Of a stretch of DNA of 64,000 nucleotides, positions 18,982 to 29,666 are shown in pieces (within the stretch, counting starts at the first letter, position 1; every line of letters begins with the position of its first letter). The stretch is taken from contig CAWBKP010000012.1 in assembly GCA_963789395.1 (NCBI GenBank), forward strand, positions 256,001-320,000. The letters are read 5' to 3'. The translations under genes and the position numbers were made by a program. The DNA is from an uncultured delta proteobacterium. Its GTDB lineage: Bacteria; Desulfobacterota; Desulfobacteria; Desulfobacterales; Desulfatirhabdiaceae. Below the pieces are notes generated by a model. The model was not told the origin of the DNA and ran no database searches. It was given only the letters and a program-made list of their open reading frames with translations.

Positions 18982-20677
18982 CATCATCCCGTACGCCAGA
19001 GGAGACAAACCAGTTGACCTGCTGTTGACGGATGCAAAAATCATCAATGTATTTTCCGGAGAAATTGTTGAAGACAGCATAGCCATTGCCGGCGGGCGAA
19101 TAGTCGGTATCGGAGACTATCAAGCTGAGCAAATCAGAGATTTATCAGGGCGATTTGTGTCCCCGGGATTTATTGATTCCCATGTTCATATTGAAAGTTC
19201 CATGTCCTGCGTGTCTCAATTTGCCCGTGCCGTTGTTCCGCACGGCACGACAACCGTCGTGGCGGATCCCCATGAAATCGCCAATGTCCTGGGAGCTCTG
19301 GGTATTGAGTACATGCTGAAATCCGCTGAGAATCAGCCCATGAACGTCTATTACTCCCTGTCTTCCTGCGTTCCTGCCACCCTCATGGAAACATCGGGCG
19401 CACGGCTGGACGCGGTTGACCTGATTCCCCTGATGAGTCACGACAGAATTGTGGCGCTGGCCGAAATGATGAATTATCCCGGCGTGATTCATGGCGAGCC
19501 GGACGTTCTTTCCAAAATCAAACTGGCCAGACAATACCGCAAACCGGTGGATGGCCACTGCCCCGGTCTTTCCGGTAAAGAGCTGAATGCCTATATCGCC
19601 TCCGGCATATCCAGCGATCATGAATGCACCACAGCAGACGAAGCCCGTGAAAAACTCACGGCCGGCATGCATATCTTCATCCGCCAGGGAACCGGCGCCA
19701 GGAATTTGAAGGACCTATTGCCTGTCATCACTCCGAAGACTTATCACCGCATGATGTGGTGTACGGATGATCGGGATCCCCATGATCTGCTCAGCGAAGG
19801 TCACATTGATTCCATGGTTCGAATAGCCATCGCCTCCGGGTTGGATCCGGTTCAGGCAATTCAAATGGCAACCCTCAATCCGGCTGAATATTTCGGACTT
19901 TACCACCTCGGCGCCATCGCTCCGGGCAGGCAGGCTGATCTGGTGGTGTTTTCCGATCTGGATGCCCCGGTGATCGAGCAAGTATACTGCAATGGCTTAT
20001 GCGTTGCCGAAAACGGCGCCATGGCGCCCGACATCTCCATTCCGGAAACACTCGCACTTCCGCGGTCCGTGAGAGTCACCCTTAAAACCCTTGATTTTTC
20101 CATTCCCCTGGCCGGAAACCGCATTCGGGTGATCGAAATTGTTCCGGATCAACTGATCACGGGATTGAAGGTCGCGACGCCAACCGTATTCGAAAATACC
20201 GTGATCTCAGATCCGGACCGGGATATCCTGAAAATCGCCGCCGTGGAACGGCACAGTGGATCGGGAAAAATCGGTAAGGGATTCGTGAAAGGATTCGGGC
20301 TTAAGCAGGGGGCCATTGCTTCCAGCGTTGCCCATGATTCCCACAACATCATCGTGGTAGGGGTCACCGATGAAGACATGAAGACGGCTGTTAAAGCCGT
20401 TGTTCTCATGGGAGGCGGCCTGGCCGTGGTATCCGGCGGCAGGCCCATCGCAAAACTTTCTCTTCCCATAGCCGGCCTGATGTCTCCGGAACCGGTTCAT
20501 GCCGTACGGAACCATCTTGATCGCCTGCTGGCCTGCGCCCGTGAAATCGGCTCAACCCTTCAAAACCCCTTTATGACCCTTTCTTTTATGTCGTTACCGG
20601 TTATCCCCGAACTGAAGATCACCGACAAAGGACTGGTGGATGTCCGGCGGTTTGAAATCGTGCCTTTGTTTGTATGA
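18968..20677 (+). CDS. ade: Adenine deaminase
   Basis: PGFIDSHVHIESS, DPHEIANVLG, SDHEC, CTDD, SVAHDSHN, LPVIPELKITDKG; GTG start overlapping mtaD end. Confidence 0.92.
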   Translation: MKRYDIIPYARGDKPVDLLLTDAKIINVFSGEIVEDSIAIAGGRIVGIGDYQAEQIRDLSGRFVSPGFIDSHVHIESSMSCVSQFARAVVPHGTTTVVADPHEIANVLGALGIEYMLKSAENQPMNVYYSLSSCVPATLMETSGARLDAVDLIPLMSHDRIVALAEMMNYPGVIHGEPDVLSKIKLARQYRKPVDGHCPGLSGKELNAYIASGISSDHECTTADEAREKLTAGMHIFIRQGTGARNLKDLLPVITPKTYHRMMWCTDDRDPHDLLSEGHIDSMVRIAIASGLDPVQAIQMATLNPAEYFGLYHLGAIAPGRQADLVVFSDLDAPVIEQVYCNGLCVAENGAMAPDISIPETLALPRSVRVTLKTLDFSIPLAGNRIRVIEIVPDQLITGLKVATPTVFENTVISDPDRDILKIAAVERHSGSGKIGKGFVKGFGLKQGAIASSVAHDSHNIIVVGVTDEDMKTAVKAVVLMGGGLAVVSGGRPIAKLSLPIAGLMSPEPVHAVRNHLDRLLACAREIGSTLQNPFMTLSFMSLPVIPELKITDKGLVDVRRFEIVPLFV

Positions 20678-20713
20678 CGCGGATCCCCGTTTACTCACCC
20701 AGGCACTGATCGC

Positions 20714-21155
20714 CTATGCGCCAGCCTCGGAATTTTCCCACTTGCTGAGTGAAGCCCGAGCCGCAATCAATTTTTTATATATCCTGGCCAGCTTTTCCGC
20801 GTCTCCTTTTCTGGATGCTTTAAACAGATCTCCCTCGAGTTCAGCGACTTCGAGACGGATGTAATAGTCCAGCATTTCCTTGAGATGCGCCAAAACGATC
20901 TTGCCGGTCAGAAGGGGATGGTTATTGGTGACATTCGCATCAGGAAACTGCAACCCGTGCTCCAGTTCAACCTCCAGGCCTTGCTGAAACCACTCCACCG
21001 GAATCTGCAGCGCTTCAGATCCCACGGCGGATTGAATAATCCTGGCCTCTTCGTCCTGCACCTTCGTTTCGGTTAATTTGGTCCAGTCCCGAATACCAAG
21101 CTCCTGACAAGCGCGCATGAACTTCTTCTTTTGTAATAAAATCTGCAACAGCCAT
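20714..21155 (-). CDS. DUF5661-like protein; probable true start 21155 with +1 frameshift near 21120
   Basis: GLEVELEHG...TNNHPLLTGKIVLAHLKE..DYY; GGAGGG RBS precedes ATG 21155 giving MAVADFITKEEV. Confidence 0.6.
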
Positions 21156-21496
21156 ATTCCCTCCTGATTCGCCATGATTATAATTTTCTGTTTGAAATCA
21201 ACTTCTCATGTGTAACTACAGAATTGCTGAAATTTGTCAAAGTATTTTACATGATTTTCGCTGAATCTAAAATAATGCTTGGCAAATCTTAAGCGATGTG
21301 CGATTATAACAAGTTATCATTTGTCACTACCCTGTCACAGGGGAGAAATATCGATAATTAGATTCTCACCGGGTTTCTTACCCAACGGTGGCCTTCACCG
21401 GCTCAGTCCCCCGTTTACCAAAATATCCTGCCGGATTGTTTGAGTGGCGTCGCATATCCATGCAGGCTGTCCTCAGAAAGTGTACGTGTAATAATA

Positions 21497-22903
21497 ATGA
21501 GTTTTACCCCTTTTAATCTTCACCCCAGTCTTATGAAAGGTGTTGCCGATCTTGGTTTCACCAGCCCTACACCCATTCAGCGAGACGGCATTCCGCCGGC
21601 TCTGGACGGCCGCAATGTCCTGGCTTGCGCGATGACGGGCAGCGGCAAAACCGCAGCCTTCGCACTTCCGATTTTACAGCGCCTGATGGGCGCAAAACGT
21701 GGCGGCACTCGCGCGCTGGTCCTGGCTCCCACACGGGAACTCGCAGCACAGATTGTCGAGGTTTTCAACGATCTGGCCAAGCATACGCAGATCAAGGCCG
21801 CAGCCATATACGGCGGGGTCGGAATGGAACCCCAGGAACGCGCCCTTCGCCGCGGCGTGGATATCATCGTGGCCTGTCCGGGCCGCCTGCTCGATCACAT
21901 GCAGTATCCCTATGCCAAATTTTCAGGACTCGAAGTCCTGGTGCTCGATGAGGCCGATCGCATGCTCGATATGGGCTTTTTGCCCGACATTCGCCGGATA
22001 CTGAAACAACTGCCGCCGATTGACCAGACCCTCTTTTTTTCAGCCACGCTGCCGCATGCCATTAACGATCTGTCCAAGCAAATGCTGAAGAATCCCGTGA
22101 ATCTGAACGTCGAGCGTCCTTCCGCCCCGGCTACGGGCGTTGCACAGGCGATTTTCCCGGTCCGTCAGGATCTTAAATCCGCGTTGCTGCTGGAATTGCT
22201 GCGGGGAGACGGGATCCAGAACGCACTGGTTTTCACGCGCACCAAACACCGGGCCAACCGCCTGGCCGATTTTCTGGACCGGCACGGCGTTGCCTGTGAC
22301 CGCGTTCACGGCAACCGCAGCCAGGCCCAGCGCACACAGGCCATGACCGATTTCAAAAACGGCCGTTCCCGGGTCCTGGTCGCCACCGATGTTGCCGCGC
22401 GCGGCATCGACATCGAGGCATTGTCCCATGTCGTCAACTTCGATGTCCCCCACATTCCCGATGACTACATCCACCGGGTCGGACGTACTGCAAGGGCCGG
22501 AGCCACCGGCGAAGCCTTCACCTTCGTCTCTCCGGAGGAACAAGGCGAATTGCGGGCGATCGAGCGGGCAGTTGCAAAACGCCTGCCCACGCGGACCCTG
22601 ACCGGTTTCAATTACCAGGTCAAGACCGCCGAAAGTCTTGAGATTCCGCTCGGCGAACGCATCGCGGCGATCCGCGCCCGAAAGGCCGAAGAACGGGCCA
22701 GGGCAAAGGTCAAGGCAGAGCGAAATGCCCAGTCGCCGTCCAGTCGATCGGCAGCCCGGCCCGAAGGCAGCGCCCGGCCTTCATCCCCGAGTTCTTCAAG
22801 AAGTTCTTCAAGAAGCTATGGGGCGCCGGGAAACAGTTCCGGAGGCAGCCATCCGCCGGCGCGGTCTTTTTCCCATGGAAGCCGGCAGAGACGTCCGCAA
22901 TAG
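21497..22903 (+). CDS. rhlE: DEAD-box RNA helicase (RhlE-like) with S/R-rich tail
   Basis: TPIQ, AMTGSGKT, PTRELA, DEAD, SAT, ARGID, HRVGRTARAG. Confidence 0.9.
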   Translation: MSFTPFNLHPSLMKGVADLGFTSPTPIQRDGIPPALDGRNVLACAMTGSGKTAAFALPILQRLMGAKRGGTRALVLAPTRELAAQIVEVFNDLAKHTQIKAAAIYGGVGMEPQERALRRGVDIIVACPGRLLDHMQYPYAKFSGLEVLVLDEADRMLDMGFLPDIRRILKQLPPIDQTLFFSATLPHAINDLSKQMLKNPVNLNVERPSAPATGVAQAIFPVRQDLKSALLLELLRGDGIQNALVFTRTKHRANRLADFLDRHGVACDRVHGNRSQAQRTQAMTDFKNGRSRVLVATDVAARGIDIEALSHVVNFDVPHIPDDYIHRVGRTARAGATGEAFTFVSPEEQGELRAIERAVAKRLPTRTLTGFNYQVKTAESLEIPLGERIAAIRARKAEERARAKVKAERNAQSPSSRSAARPEGSARPSSPSSSRSSSRSYGAPGNSSGGSHPPARSFSHGSRQRRPQ

Positions 22904-22940
22904 GATGAATTTTTCCGCGTTGATGACTCTTAAGTGAGCA

Positions 22941-23779
22941 ATGATGCGCCTTATGATTCGAATCCTTCTGACTGCTGCAGGATTATACCTGGCCTATGCG
23001 GGTCTGGTATTTTTCCTGCAGCGATCCATGATCTTCCCCCGCTTTGTGATTCCGCCATTTACCGATCCGGCAAGGCCCCAGAACGCTGAAGTCCTTACGA
23101 TCCATACCGGAGAGGAAACCGTCGAGGCATGGTTTATTCCGGCCGATGCGGCATTTACAGGCCCCGTCCCGCGGTAATATTTGCTCACGGCAACGCCGAA
23201 CTGATCGACTTCTGGCCGGAATATTTAAAGCCGTTGTCCCAAAACGGCATTCATCTCCTGCTGGTGGAATACCCCGGCTACGGCCGCTCTAAAGGCCGGC
23301 CTTCCGAAAAAAGCATCACCCGTTCGCTTATCGCGGCATACGATCAACTGGTTGCCAGAAATACGGTGGACCCCGGCAGAATCATTTTATTCGGCCGCTC
23401 CATCGGCGGGGGAGCCATCTGCAGCCTGGCAAAAGCGCGCCCATCCGCCGGGCTGATCCTGCTGTCCACTTTCACAAGCATCCGATCTTTTGCCCCGCGC
23501 TATGGCCTTTTCCCCTTTATGATCCGTGACCCCATGGACAATCTTGAGGTGTTACAGGAATACCCCCGGCCGGTTCTGATTCTTCACGGCAAGCAGGATG
23601 AACTCATTGCCTTTACCCATGCAACAGCGCTTGCGTCCGTTTCCCGAAACGCCAGGCTCATCGCCTATGACTGCGGCCACAACGACTGCCCGCCGGACTG
23701 GAATGTTTTCTGGAAGGATGTGTTTGCTTTTCTTCAGGAACACGGTATGATGAACGCATCCGGAACACAATTGAAATAG
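22941..23779 (+). CDS. Alpha/beta hydrolase (ABHD13-like), split by a -1 frameshift in the C-run at ~23162-23165
   Basis: LQRSMIFP N-terminus; HGNAE, EYPGYG, GRSIGG, HGKQDELI, GHND. Confidence 0.8.
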
Positions 23780-23803
23780 CGCCATTTTATCTGGAAAAAC
23801 CGT

Positions 23804-24256
23804 ATGATCATCTTTGATGGAACCTACCGATGGAAAGCGCCGATGAATTCATCATCGCGCACTTTTCGAAAAACATGGGAAATGACCTGCGAGCTGAAAG
23901 TCATTGATCTGTCTCTGGCCGAGCCCGATGTCACCCATCTGAAACGCTATGTGGTCGTGGCATTGGAAACAACACCCGGGCCCATGAAAACGAGCGTTGC
24001 AGATACCATGGGCAGACGGATATTCCGGGATTTTAATCTGAACCGGCACAATGTTTTATGGATTGAAGGGCGTTCGAACCATTTAGAATCACTGGAAGTC
24101 GCCAACTTTTCGCCGGATCCCGCACCCGGGATGGAGACCCGCTACCGTATCTCCTGGCGCCCCATCCTTTCCAACGAGCACCGTTTAATCCGCGCATTTC
24201 TGCCGGAAAGTTTCTTCGTTGCCCGAAAAGCCACGATCCATCCCATCAAAGGATAA
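23804..24256 (+). CDS. Hypothetical protein
   Basis: 150-aa ORF tightly packed and co-directional between two genes. Confidence 0.65.
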   Translation: MIIFDGTYRWKAPMNSSSRTFRKTWEMTCELKVIDLSLAEPDVTHLKRYVVVALETTPGPMKTSVADTMGRRIFRDFNLNRHNVLWIEGRSNHLESLEVANFSPDPAPGMETRYRISWRPILSNEHRLIRAFLPESFFVARKATIHPIKG

Positions 24257-24264
24257 GAAAGAAC

Positions 24265-25110
24265 ATGTATTCATCCGGATCTCGTCGTCAAGCCATACTA
24301 TTTCTGGTTCTGACGGCCTTTCTCTGGAGCAGCAGCGGCCTGCTGGTCAAAATCATTTCCTGGCAGCCTCTATCGATTCTGAGCGGCCGCAGCATCCTGT
24401 CCACAGCCGTGTTCTGGATCTTTCTGAAGTGCCCTGTCCGGTTTCGCTGGACGCGTTTGCAGGTTGTCGGCGCATTCGGATATGTTGGCGCACAGCTTTT
24501 TTTCATCATGGCCACCAAACTGACAACCGCCGCCAACGCCATTTTCCTGCAGTACACGCTTCCGATTTATATCGTTATATTCGGTTACTGGTTTCTGAAT
24601 GAGCGCCCCCAGCGGGCGGACTGGATTTCACTGGCCATCATTTTTACCGGGCTTTTTCTCTTCTTTGGAGATGATTTGAATTTTGACGGATTTTCCGGCA
24701 ATATCCTGGCGATCGCCAGCGGCATGTCCATGGCGGTCATGATGCTCTGCATGCGCAAGCAAAAAGACGGAACCCCCGCCAACACCATATTGCTGGGAAA
24801 TATCATCGGCGCCGTGATCGGCCTGCCGTTTCTGCTTCAGGAAAGTTTTTCCCCTTCCAATCTCGGCATCATCGGTTATCTTGGCGTTTTTCAGATCGGG
24901 CTGTCGTTTGTCTTATACTCGATTGCGATCAAACAGGTACAGGCCCTTGAATCCACTCTTATTTTGGCCTTGGAACCTATTTTGAATCCGCTCTGGGTGT
25001 TTCTGGTCATCGGAGAAACACCCGGAAAACTGGCCCTGATCGGCGGTATGTTCGTGATCGGCGCGGTCACTGCCCGCGCGGTTGTCAGTTCGCGGACAAC
25101 CGCTGCCTGA
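24265..25110 (+). CDS. DMT/EamA family transporter
   Basis: About 10 TM helices; LWSSSGLLVK, TTAANAIFLQYT, LEPILNPLWV. Confidence 0.9.
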   Translation: MYSSGSRRQAILFLVLTAFLWSSSGLLVKIISWQPLSILSGRSILSTAVFWIFLKCPVRFRWTRLQVVGAFGYVGAQLFFIMATKLTTAANAIFLQYTLPIYIVIFGYWFLNERPQRADWISLAIIFTGLFLFFGDDLNFDGFSGNILAIASGMSMAVMMLCMRKQKDGTPANTILLGNIIGAVIGLPFLLQESFSPSNLGIIGYLGVFQIGLSFVLYSIAIKQVQALESTLILALEPILNPLWVFLVIGETPGKLALIGGMFVIGAVTARAVVSSRTTAA

Positions 25111-25202
25111 AAATAGTTTCACCGAAAGGCGTGATCAGCGCAAGTCGTGGTGCAGGCAGCATCAAAACCAGCGCTTCGGCTCCATTCCCCGTGATCCCGA
25201 TT

Positions 25203-25871
25203 CTATCTGGCGATCATGGCGCGCATCATGTCCGCGGCGTTTTCCGCATGATCCGAAATGCTGCCCATGTACTGCACCAGTTTGGTCAGGTGAAACGCCG
25301 AGGTGGGATTGTCGAATTCATAGGAGAGAAAATCCGATTTGAGTTTTCGCTCGACAATATCCGACTGGCTTTCAAATTCCCGAATGGCGCGAACCGCATC
25401 TTTTACTTCATCTCGATGCTTTTCCGAAAAACTGCGAAAATATTCATCAGAAACCTGAACCAGCGGCAGGACGGATCTGAACACGTCTCCGACTTTTTCC
25501 ACCATCAGCAGCAAGTCATCCACGAATTCATCCGGAACATGCGTTTTGCGATAGGAAAGCCAGTGCATGCCGTTCTGCGTACTGTCCAGCACCTTGTCCT
25601 GTTCCCGGAGATACCACAGGATCTGGAACTTATCCATGGGAAGCAAAATCCCCCGGGGCATGTGCCCGCGAATGTTCCGCTTGATGGTATCGCCCTGATG
25701 CTCGATGACTGTAATCTGATTGTGGAAATGTTCGAATTCTTCCGCTGAATCATCCAGATAGGCCAGAAACGCCTGCTGAAAAACAGGGGCCGTATCCCGG
25801 ATCAGTTCCGCATGTTTGATCAGGCCTTCAAACGGGGACTGGCGAAACAATCTTAACAACGCTGTGCGCAT
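25203..25871 (-). CDS. DUF47/TIGR00153 phosphate transport regulator
   Basis: SPFEGL..H, EHQGD.IK, ESQSD, ISDHAENAAD; directly downstream of PiT. Confidence 0.85.
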   Translation of the reverse strand: MRTALLRLFRQSPFEGLIKHAELIRDTAPVFQQAFLAYLDDSAEEFEHFHNQITVIEHQGDTIKRNIRGHMPRGILLPMDKFQILWYLREQDKVLDSTQNGMHWLSYRKTHVPDEFVDDLLLMVEKVGDVFRSVLPLVQVSDEYFRSFSEKHRDEVKDAVRAIREFESQSDIVERKLKSDFLSYEFDNPTSAFHLTKLVQYMGSISDHAENAADMMRAMIAR

Positions 25872-25886
25872 AGCTCTCTCCCTTGA

Positions 25887-27110
25887 TTATAAAAAGATCG
25901 CCTCAAGAACCTTGAAAATAAGAATAGTTGGGATGGCCGATAGCGGAAGCGTAACGACCCAGTAGATCGTAATCTTCCATACAACACTGAAATCCACCGC
26001 ACCCAGTCCGCCGGAAAGCCCCACCCCGATAACGGCTCCAACGGCCGCATGCGTGGTTGAAACCGGGAGCCCCAGTTTGGATGCGATCAGAACTGAAGTT
26101 GCCGTTCCAAAATCAACGGCAAAGCCGCGCGTGTTATTCAGCACCGTAATTTTATGTCCGATGGTTTCAATAACCCGATATCCCCAGGTAAACACGCCCA
26201 GCGCAATGAAAAGCCCACCTCCTGCCAAAAGGAAAACTGGGACTTCGGCAGACTGGGTAATGGCCCCTGTCTGATAGATGAAATAAATCCCGGCAAGAGG
26301 CCCGATGGCGTTGGCCACGTCATTGGCGCCATGCGCCAGGGACACATAACAGGCGGTAAAAACCTGAAGCCGCCTGAAAATCTCTTCAACGCCCTCTTCT
26401 TCCAGCTTCTTGATGGTTTTTTGCATCCATAACTTGAAAAAATATCCCAATATGACACTGCATATCAATGAAACTATCACACCGGTCTGGATATCGATTC
26501 CCATTCGTTTTCCAATAGGTGTTTTGGCGATCATCGAAACCATGACGACAAAAAAAGTGGCGCCGGAAAACGCCGGCGTCCAGCGCAAAGCAGCCAAAAA
26601 GGTCTTGCGGGTTCTCAAGATGAGCTTGCGGATTGCAACGAAAATCAGGTAGGCCAGCAGCGCCGCAAAAATTGGAGAGATCATCCAGCTGAGAACAATG
26701 GGAATGATCTTTTGCCAGTGTATGGCCTTAAATCCGCCGGCCACGATGCCAAATCCGACCACGGCACCGATAATGGCATGCGTGGTGGATACCGGCAGAC
26801 TTTTCCAGGTTGCCACAAACACCCAGAAAGCCGCGGCAAAAAGGGACGCCAGCATCCCCAGCATCATGACATTCGGATCACTGACAAATTCCGACTTGAT
26901 AATGTCGTTGCAGATGGTGGAGGTGACATGGGAGCCGATAAATGTGGCCCCGACAAAATCCAGTATCCCGCCGATCACAACTGCCTGTCTCAGGGTAATG
27001 GCTTTGGCGGCAACCGGGGATGCCATGCCATTGGCGATGTCATTGGCGCCGATGTTCCATGCCATGTAAATGCCGGCCAGTATGCCCAAAAAAAGTATGA
27101 TTCCCGACAT
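25887..27110 (-). CDS. Inorganic phosphate transporter (PiT family)
   Basis: GANDIAN and HGANDVAN, PVSTTH twice. Confidence 0.95.
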   Translation of the reverse strand: MSGIILFLGILAGIYMAWNIGANDIANGMASPVAAKAITLRQAVVIGGILDFVGATFIGSHVTSTICNDIIKSEFVSDPNVMMLGMLASLFAAAFWVFVATWKSLPVSTTHAIIGAVVGFGIVAGGFKAIHWQKIIPIVLSWMISPIFAALLAYLIFVAIRKLILRTRKTFLAALRWTPAFSGATFFVVMVSMIAKTPIGKRMGIDIQTGVIVSLICSVILGYFFKLWMQKTIKKLEEEGVEEIFRRLQVFTACYVSLAHGANDVANAIGPLAGIYFIYQTGAITQSAEVPVFLLAGGGLFIALGVFTWGYRVIETIGHKITVLNNTRGFAVDFGTATSVLIASKLGLPVSTTHAAVGAVIGVGLSGGLGAVDFSVVWKITIYWVVTLPLSAIPTILIFKVLEAIFL

Positions 27111-27252
27111 GAAAATCTCCTGAATGAATTCCGACGGCTAAGCAAATAAATCGCCAGCAACTATTTTTGTTCAGTTTGCAGCGGATATAATGCGCGCAGG
27201 AGTATTTGTCAACCGAATCTCAAAATAACTCGATGTGCCGGAGCAGACAGGA

Positions 27253-27552
27253 TTATGCAAAGTCATAAATCAACACCCGGGACCAGAACGGTCCGAACTG
27301 CCTGACAAATGCCTGGTGAAGCGGATGGATCTGATAGGCGTCATGATCCTGGATTGTGTCGAACAAAACGGTCACTGCAAGGGAATAGGACGAATCGATG
27401 ACGGGCCGGTCTCCGGTTCCGGCAGGCGCCCCGATATACACCCCCCGGGTGTGCTCGATCGCCTTGAGGGATTCGAGGCCTTGGCGAAATCCTGACCGCT
27501 GAGCGTCTGAAAGATCATCTTTGAGCCAGAAAACAACAATGTGTGACAGCAT
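27253..27552 (-). CDS. Dabb-family (stress-responsive A/B barrel) protein
   Basis: HIVVFWLK ... YQIHPLHQAF ... IYDF; AAGGAGG RBS. Confidence 0.85.
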   Translation of the reverse strand: MLSHIVVFWLKDDLSDAQRSGFRQGLESLKAIEHTRGVYIGAPAGTGDRPVIDSSYSLAVTVLFDTIQDHDAYQIHPLHQAFVRQFGPFWSRVLIYDFA

Positions 27553-27666
27553 AAATCCTCCTTGGTTATGAACGGCAATGGCTTGATCGCAACGGCAAAG
27601 ACGGTTTTCCGGCTCCGGGCCCGGCGTTTGTAATACCGGCAACAGCATGAGAAACCGGTTTGCATA

Positions 27667-28389
27667 TCACAATCCGATTATCAGGGCGCTGAACCCTGCT
27701 ATCCCAATCAGGACAAACCAGTCGGATCTGCAGGAGGCAAACGCCAATGGTCGACTGTTTCCCGGTGAATAGCATCTGGCCTCCATGGCCTCCGCCAGCT
27801 TGTCTGCCGTCTCCAGGGCACGACAGAGCAGCGGTAGCGAAAATTTAACGGTTCGGTACACCGGATTTTTTCTATTCTGAATGCACCGGCATTGCTGGGC
27901 CGCTGAAGTTTCCCGTGCCTGCTCCACGATAACCGGCAGAAATCTGACCATCAGACTCATCATGGTCGCGACCTGTTTACCGGGTAATCCGGGAAATGGT
28001 CTGCAGAACCACTCAACAGCCGCGCGGATACCGGAGGGACGGGTGGTAATCATCCACAATACGCCAAGAAACGTCAAAATGATCAGTCGCCAGCAGATCA
28101 TCAGACCATCAACAGCACCTGCCGGGTCAAATGCAATCAATGTGCCTGACTCACCGGAAAAAAAGGAAACCGTCACAGCCCGAGCCAGAAAAACGACGAC
28201 CAGCAAAACACCGAGATAACGAAAATGATGAATGAGCGCAGATATCGGGAATCGTATGCATATAAAAAACACCGAACACGGAAGCAGGAGGAAAGTCAGA
28301 CCGGTTGCATCCGCCTTCAGAACAGCGATGCTCAGAAGTGCCAAACACGCCATTTTGATGCGGACATCCATCTTCTCCAGGTTTATCAT
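27667..28389 (-). CDS. ECF transporter T component (BioN/CbiQ family)
   Basis: DVRIK, VRFLP, AQQCR, AMEARCY; ATGA overlap with ATPase gene. Confidence 0.85.
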   Translation of the reverse strand: MINLEKMDVRIKMACLALLSIAVLKADATGLTFLLLPCSVFFICIRFPISALIHHFRYLGVLLVVVFLARAVTVSFFSGESGTLIAFDPAGAVDGLMICWRLIILTFLGVLWMITTRPSGIRAAVEWFCRPFPGLPGKQVATMMSLMVRFLPVIVEQARETSAAQQCRCIQNRKNPVYRTVKFSLPLLCRALETADKLAEAMEARCYSPGNSRPLAFASCRSDWFVLIGIAGFSALIIGL

Positions 28390-29139
28390 CTCTGAAGGGC
28401 TTCCATTCGACAGGCACAGGGCATTTTTACGCCGGCGCATTCAACATCTTGAATCACATCTTCAAATAACCCATCCTTGATGATCGATCCGTTTTTCATC
28501 AGGATCAAGCGGTCGGCATGTTCCATTGTTTTTTCCAGATCATGGGTTGAAAGAATGATGGTCTTGCCTGCCTGGTGCAGTTGAACGATCCGCGAGAGAA
28601 CCTGAAGCATGCCGGAATAGTCCAGGTTGGCAAAGGGCTCATCCAGAACCAGAACCCGGGGTTCCATCGCCAGGATGCCGGCAATGGCCAGACGGCGTTT
28701 TTCGCCTCCGGAAAGTCTGTGAGGTTTCTGCGCAGCCAGATTTTCCAGGCCGACCGAGGACAAGGCCCATGTCACCCGCCGGATCACCTCAGTCGGGACT
28801 CAGGCATAAATTTTCCGGTCCGAAAGCCACATCATCATAAACCGTTTCGCCGACGATTTGACTGTCCGCGTCCTGAAAAACCAGCCCCACCATCTGGCGC
28901 GCCCTCAGCATGTCAGCGGATACCGAAATCCCGTCCAGCTTGACATCTCCGGTGTCCGGCGTCAAAAGCCCGTTCAGGTGTCTGAAAAGCGTGGTTTTGC
29001 CGGAACCGTTATGGCCGGCAACCACGACAAATTCCCCTTTGTCAATTTTCAGGGAAATATCGTCAATCCCGAGGCTGCCGTCCGGAAACCGATGGCTGAG
29101 ACGAGTCACCTCAATAATCGGGTTACAATCCGGCGTCAT
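28386..29139 (-). CDS. ECF transporter ATPase (BioM/CbiO family), split by a +1 frameshift at ~28795
   Basis: GHNGSGKTT, VFQDADSQ, AFGPEN in the first ORF; LSGGEKRR, LDEP, THD in the second. Confidence 0.85.
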
Positions 29140-29666
29140 CTGCGGATGTAATCTTTCAGCAGCCCGGCAATGGGAACCGCCGCAGCAATTTTAAGCGCAT
29201 CTCCGGGTAAAAACGGATACAGACCAGCGACCAGGGCTTTTGACCAGGCCATGCCTGTCACCGCTTTCAACCAGGGGACGCCGCAGGCATAGACGATCAG
29301 CGCGCCCGCAGTCATGGCCATGACGGAAAATACGGGCTTTTTCGGCAATTTTTCAGAGAGAGTTCCAATAACGAAAACCGCCGGCAGATACCCCAGCAGA
29401 TACCCGCCGGTCGGCCCTGCCAGTTTGGCGATACCGCCGGTTCCGCCCGAAAAAATCGGAAGACCCATCGCACCGGTCATCAGATAAATGGCAACGCTCC
29501 ATACCCCCCATCTGCAGCCCAGAAGAAGCCCGGCCAGAAACACGAATAAATTCTGAAGGGCAATGGGAACCGGTCCGATGGGAATCGCCAGAAATGCGCC
29601 TGCTGCCGTCAGTGCCGCAAACAAAGATGCATAGACCATCATGCGAAGGTGGTTTGTTGAGTTCAT
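29136..29666 (-). CDS. bioY: Biotin transporter S component
   Basis: PVPIALQ, GLPIFSGG, GPTGGYLLG, PFLPGD..K. Confidence 0.95.
   Translation of the reverse strand: MNSTNHLRMMVYASLFAALTAAGAFLAIPIGPVPIALQNLFVFLAGLLLGCRWGVWSVAIYLMTGAMGLPIFSGGTGGIAKLAGPTGGYLLGYLPAVFVIGTLSEKLPKKPVFSVMAMTAGALIVYACGVPWLKAVTGMAWSKALVAGLYPFLPGDALKIAAAVPIAGLLKDYIRR

Noticed and set aside
22730..22900. TTCTTCAAGAAG duplication in the rhlE 3' end
   Set aside because: Encodes an ordinary low-complexity Ser/Arg helicase tail
28789..28791. Selenocysteine readthrough at premature TGA codons (also 46755-46757)
   Set aside because: Homology continues in a different frame, so these are indels and not in-frame Sec codons
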